The notes under the pieces were generated by a model, which saw only the letters and a program-made list of their open reading frames with translations, was not told the origin of the DNA and made no database searches. A DNA stretch of 64,000 nt from Laetmonice hystrix (Eukaryota), in NCBI GenBank assembly GCA_965235115.1, contig OZ249452.1:12462001-12526000 (forward strand), written 5' to 3'. Of this stretch, positions 62,505 through 64,000 are shown piece after piece; the stretch's first letter is position 1, and every line of letters begins with the position of its first letter. The translations under genes and the position numbers were made by a program.

Positions 62505-64000
62505 CATATTCATCCAACTCGTCTTCACTCTCACTTCCGTCACTCCTGGAGCATGATTCTGCATCAGCACTTGTCACTTCGATCTTTGCCCTGACCTGAG
62601 CCAAATAATAACCGAGGTCAAAGTCTTCCTCCTCAACATCACCGCCCGGATCCCCCTCACTATAATAATCAGCTTCCGAAGTTTGTGTAGTTTCAAAGTT
62701 CAAATCTCCAGAATCATCTGATTGATAACAATGGCCGACCTTCCTCTCTTCTCCGTCTTCCCGGACGCTGGCCTCAAGGTCATCAGTGGCGATCTCATGT
62801 TTTTTGTTCCTTGTCCTCCAATCTTCTTCAATATCAGCCGCGGAATCTCTGACCGCACTCCCCTGATGTTCTTCATTGGTGACCTTGATTCTATGTCCCC
62901 TGGCGTCCACGTCTTCTGTCGTATCCTCCTGGACTGTTTTATTGGCAAGGCTACCAGAAACCTCAGGCCTATCTGTGTGTCCATCATCCGTCAGCACAGA
63001 TGCGACATCAGTAAACTTGACTTCATGGTCTGCTTGGAAACTCCCCCCTGTGGCAGTGACCTTGGGACTGGAAGCATCAATGTACGGGTCCTGTATCTGA
63101 GTCTCTCTGTCAGATGTTTCCTGGGTTAACGGGGAATCATTCGTATCATGGGTCATGATATCACCAGCACCTTTGGAACTGAGATTTACAGGAAAGCTAT
63201 ATTCATTCTGACCTGCTTCCTCATCCTCTGCCACTTCAGTATATCGGTTTCTGACATCGTCGCCATCCACAACCCTACCCTCCTCTTCTGTCATCTGGTG
63301 AGCATTAGGCATCTGTCTGCCATCACCTGGGTTAGCCCTGATGTCTTGGACGGTTTTGTTGTCAGTGCCCTCCTCTTCAAATGCTAACCCTGTGTCCATG
63401 TTCTTCCCTGAGCTGGCTTCTTCAGTCACTGTCTCTGTCATCTCAGTGCTAGACAGGTCGTCTTCGGTGACCTTGATGTGACCTTCAGTGGCATCCACGT
63501 CATGGGGTTTGTTTTCGTTTTTCCGAATTTCATCTGAGTGATCTATAGTTTCGATCACTGTAACCATGGTTGGTAAGGTGGAACCCATGTTTCCCATCTC
63601 TTCTTCATCTTCATCCCTTTCACTGGCCTCTCCGTCGTCTTTGACCCCTCTCTGAACCTCCTCAAGACCTGATGGTCCATCGCTAATCTCACCTTCAGTC
63701 TCAGACTCTGGTAAAGGGTCAACCTCACTGTAACCATGGTAATCTGTCGCCGCATCATATTTAACCGCTTGGGTCCTGATGATATCATCGGCCTTTGGGC
63801 ATTCCACCCCATCTGAGCTCATCACCGTCTCGTGGCCTTCCACCCCATCTGAGCTCATCACCGTCTCGTTGCCTTCCACCTCATCTGAGCTCATCACCGT
63901 CCCCTGGCCTTCTACCCCATGTGAGCTCACCACCGTCTCGTGGCCTTCCATCCCATCTGAGCTCATCGCTGTCTCGTGGCCTTCCATCCCATCTGAGCTC
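62505..64000 (-). CDS. Large coding exon (5' end outside window) of giant Ig-domain protein; acidic D/E/T/S-rich low-complexity region with 12-aa repeats
   Basis: ORF 62431-63987 is open to the window edge. Donor G|GTGAGT at 62504 follows ...ELDEY (phase 1). The ORF residues after this point (WYLTFFG...) change composition and read as intron. Confidence 0.85.
63788..64000 (-). repeat. Coding 36-bp tandem repeat (12 aa, MSSDGVEGHETV), at least 6 copies, runs off the window end
   Basis: ccatctgagctcatcaccgtctcgtggccttccacc repeated in frame within the 62505+ exon. Confidence 0.9.

Overview
Eukaryotic (animal, probably marine invertebrate) genomic DNA with GT-AG introns. There are no prokaryotic features, CRISPR arrays or rRNA/tRNA genes. 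The window lies inside one very large minus-strand gene that is open at both ends. By hand I can chain eight exons with consistent splice phases: >64000-62505, 62433-62429 (5-nt microexon), 59654-50858 (8,797-nt giant exon), 50396-50280, 22798-22748, 15059-15044 (16-nt microexon), 5667-5499 and 325-196. Together they give about 3,590 aa of mostly low-complexity, probably disordered protein, followed by one I-set immunoglobulin domain of the titin/MLCK/obscurin type. The introns hold many minisatellites, several small TIR/foldback (MITE-like) elements, one 145-N assembly gap, and many RFX X-box-like, CRE and CTCF-like motifs. The most unusual observations are: (i) an 80-bp minisatellite built from the 3' end of the Ig exon plus its splice donor, giving 11 downstream decoy donors, each followed by a U1-like ACUUACC; (ii) two frame-restoring microexons; (iii) SxIP and AKAP-like motifs in the giant exon; (iv) a 42-bp minisatellite that may be a phase-compatible cassette exon. 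All exon calls come from reading the sequence by eye, without RNA data or database searches.
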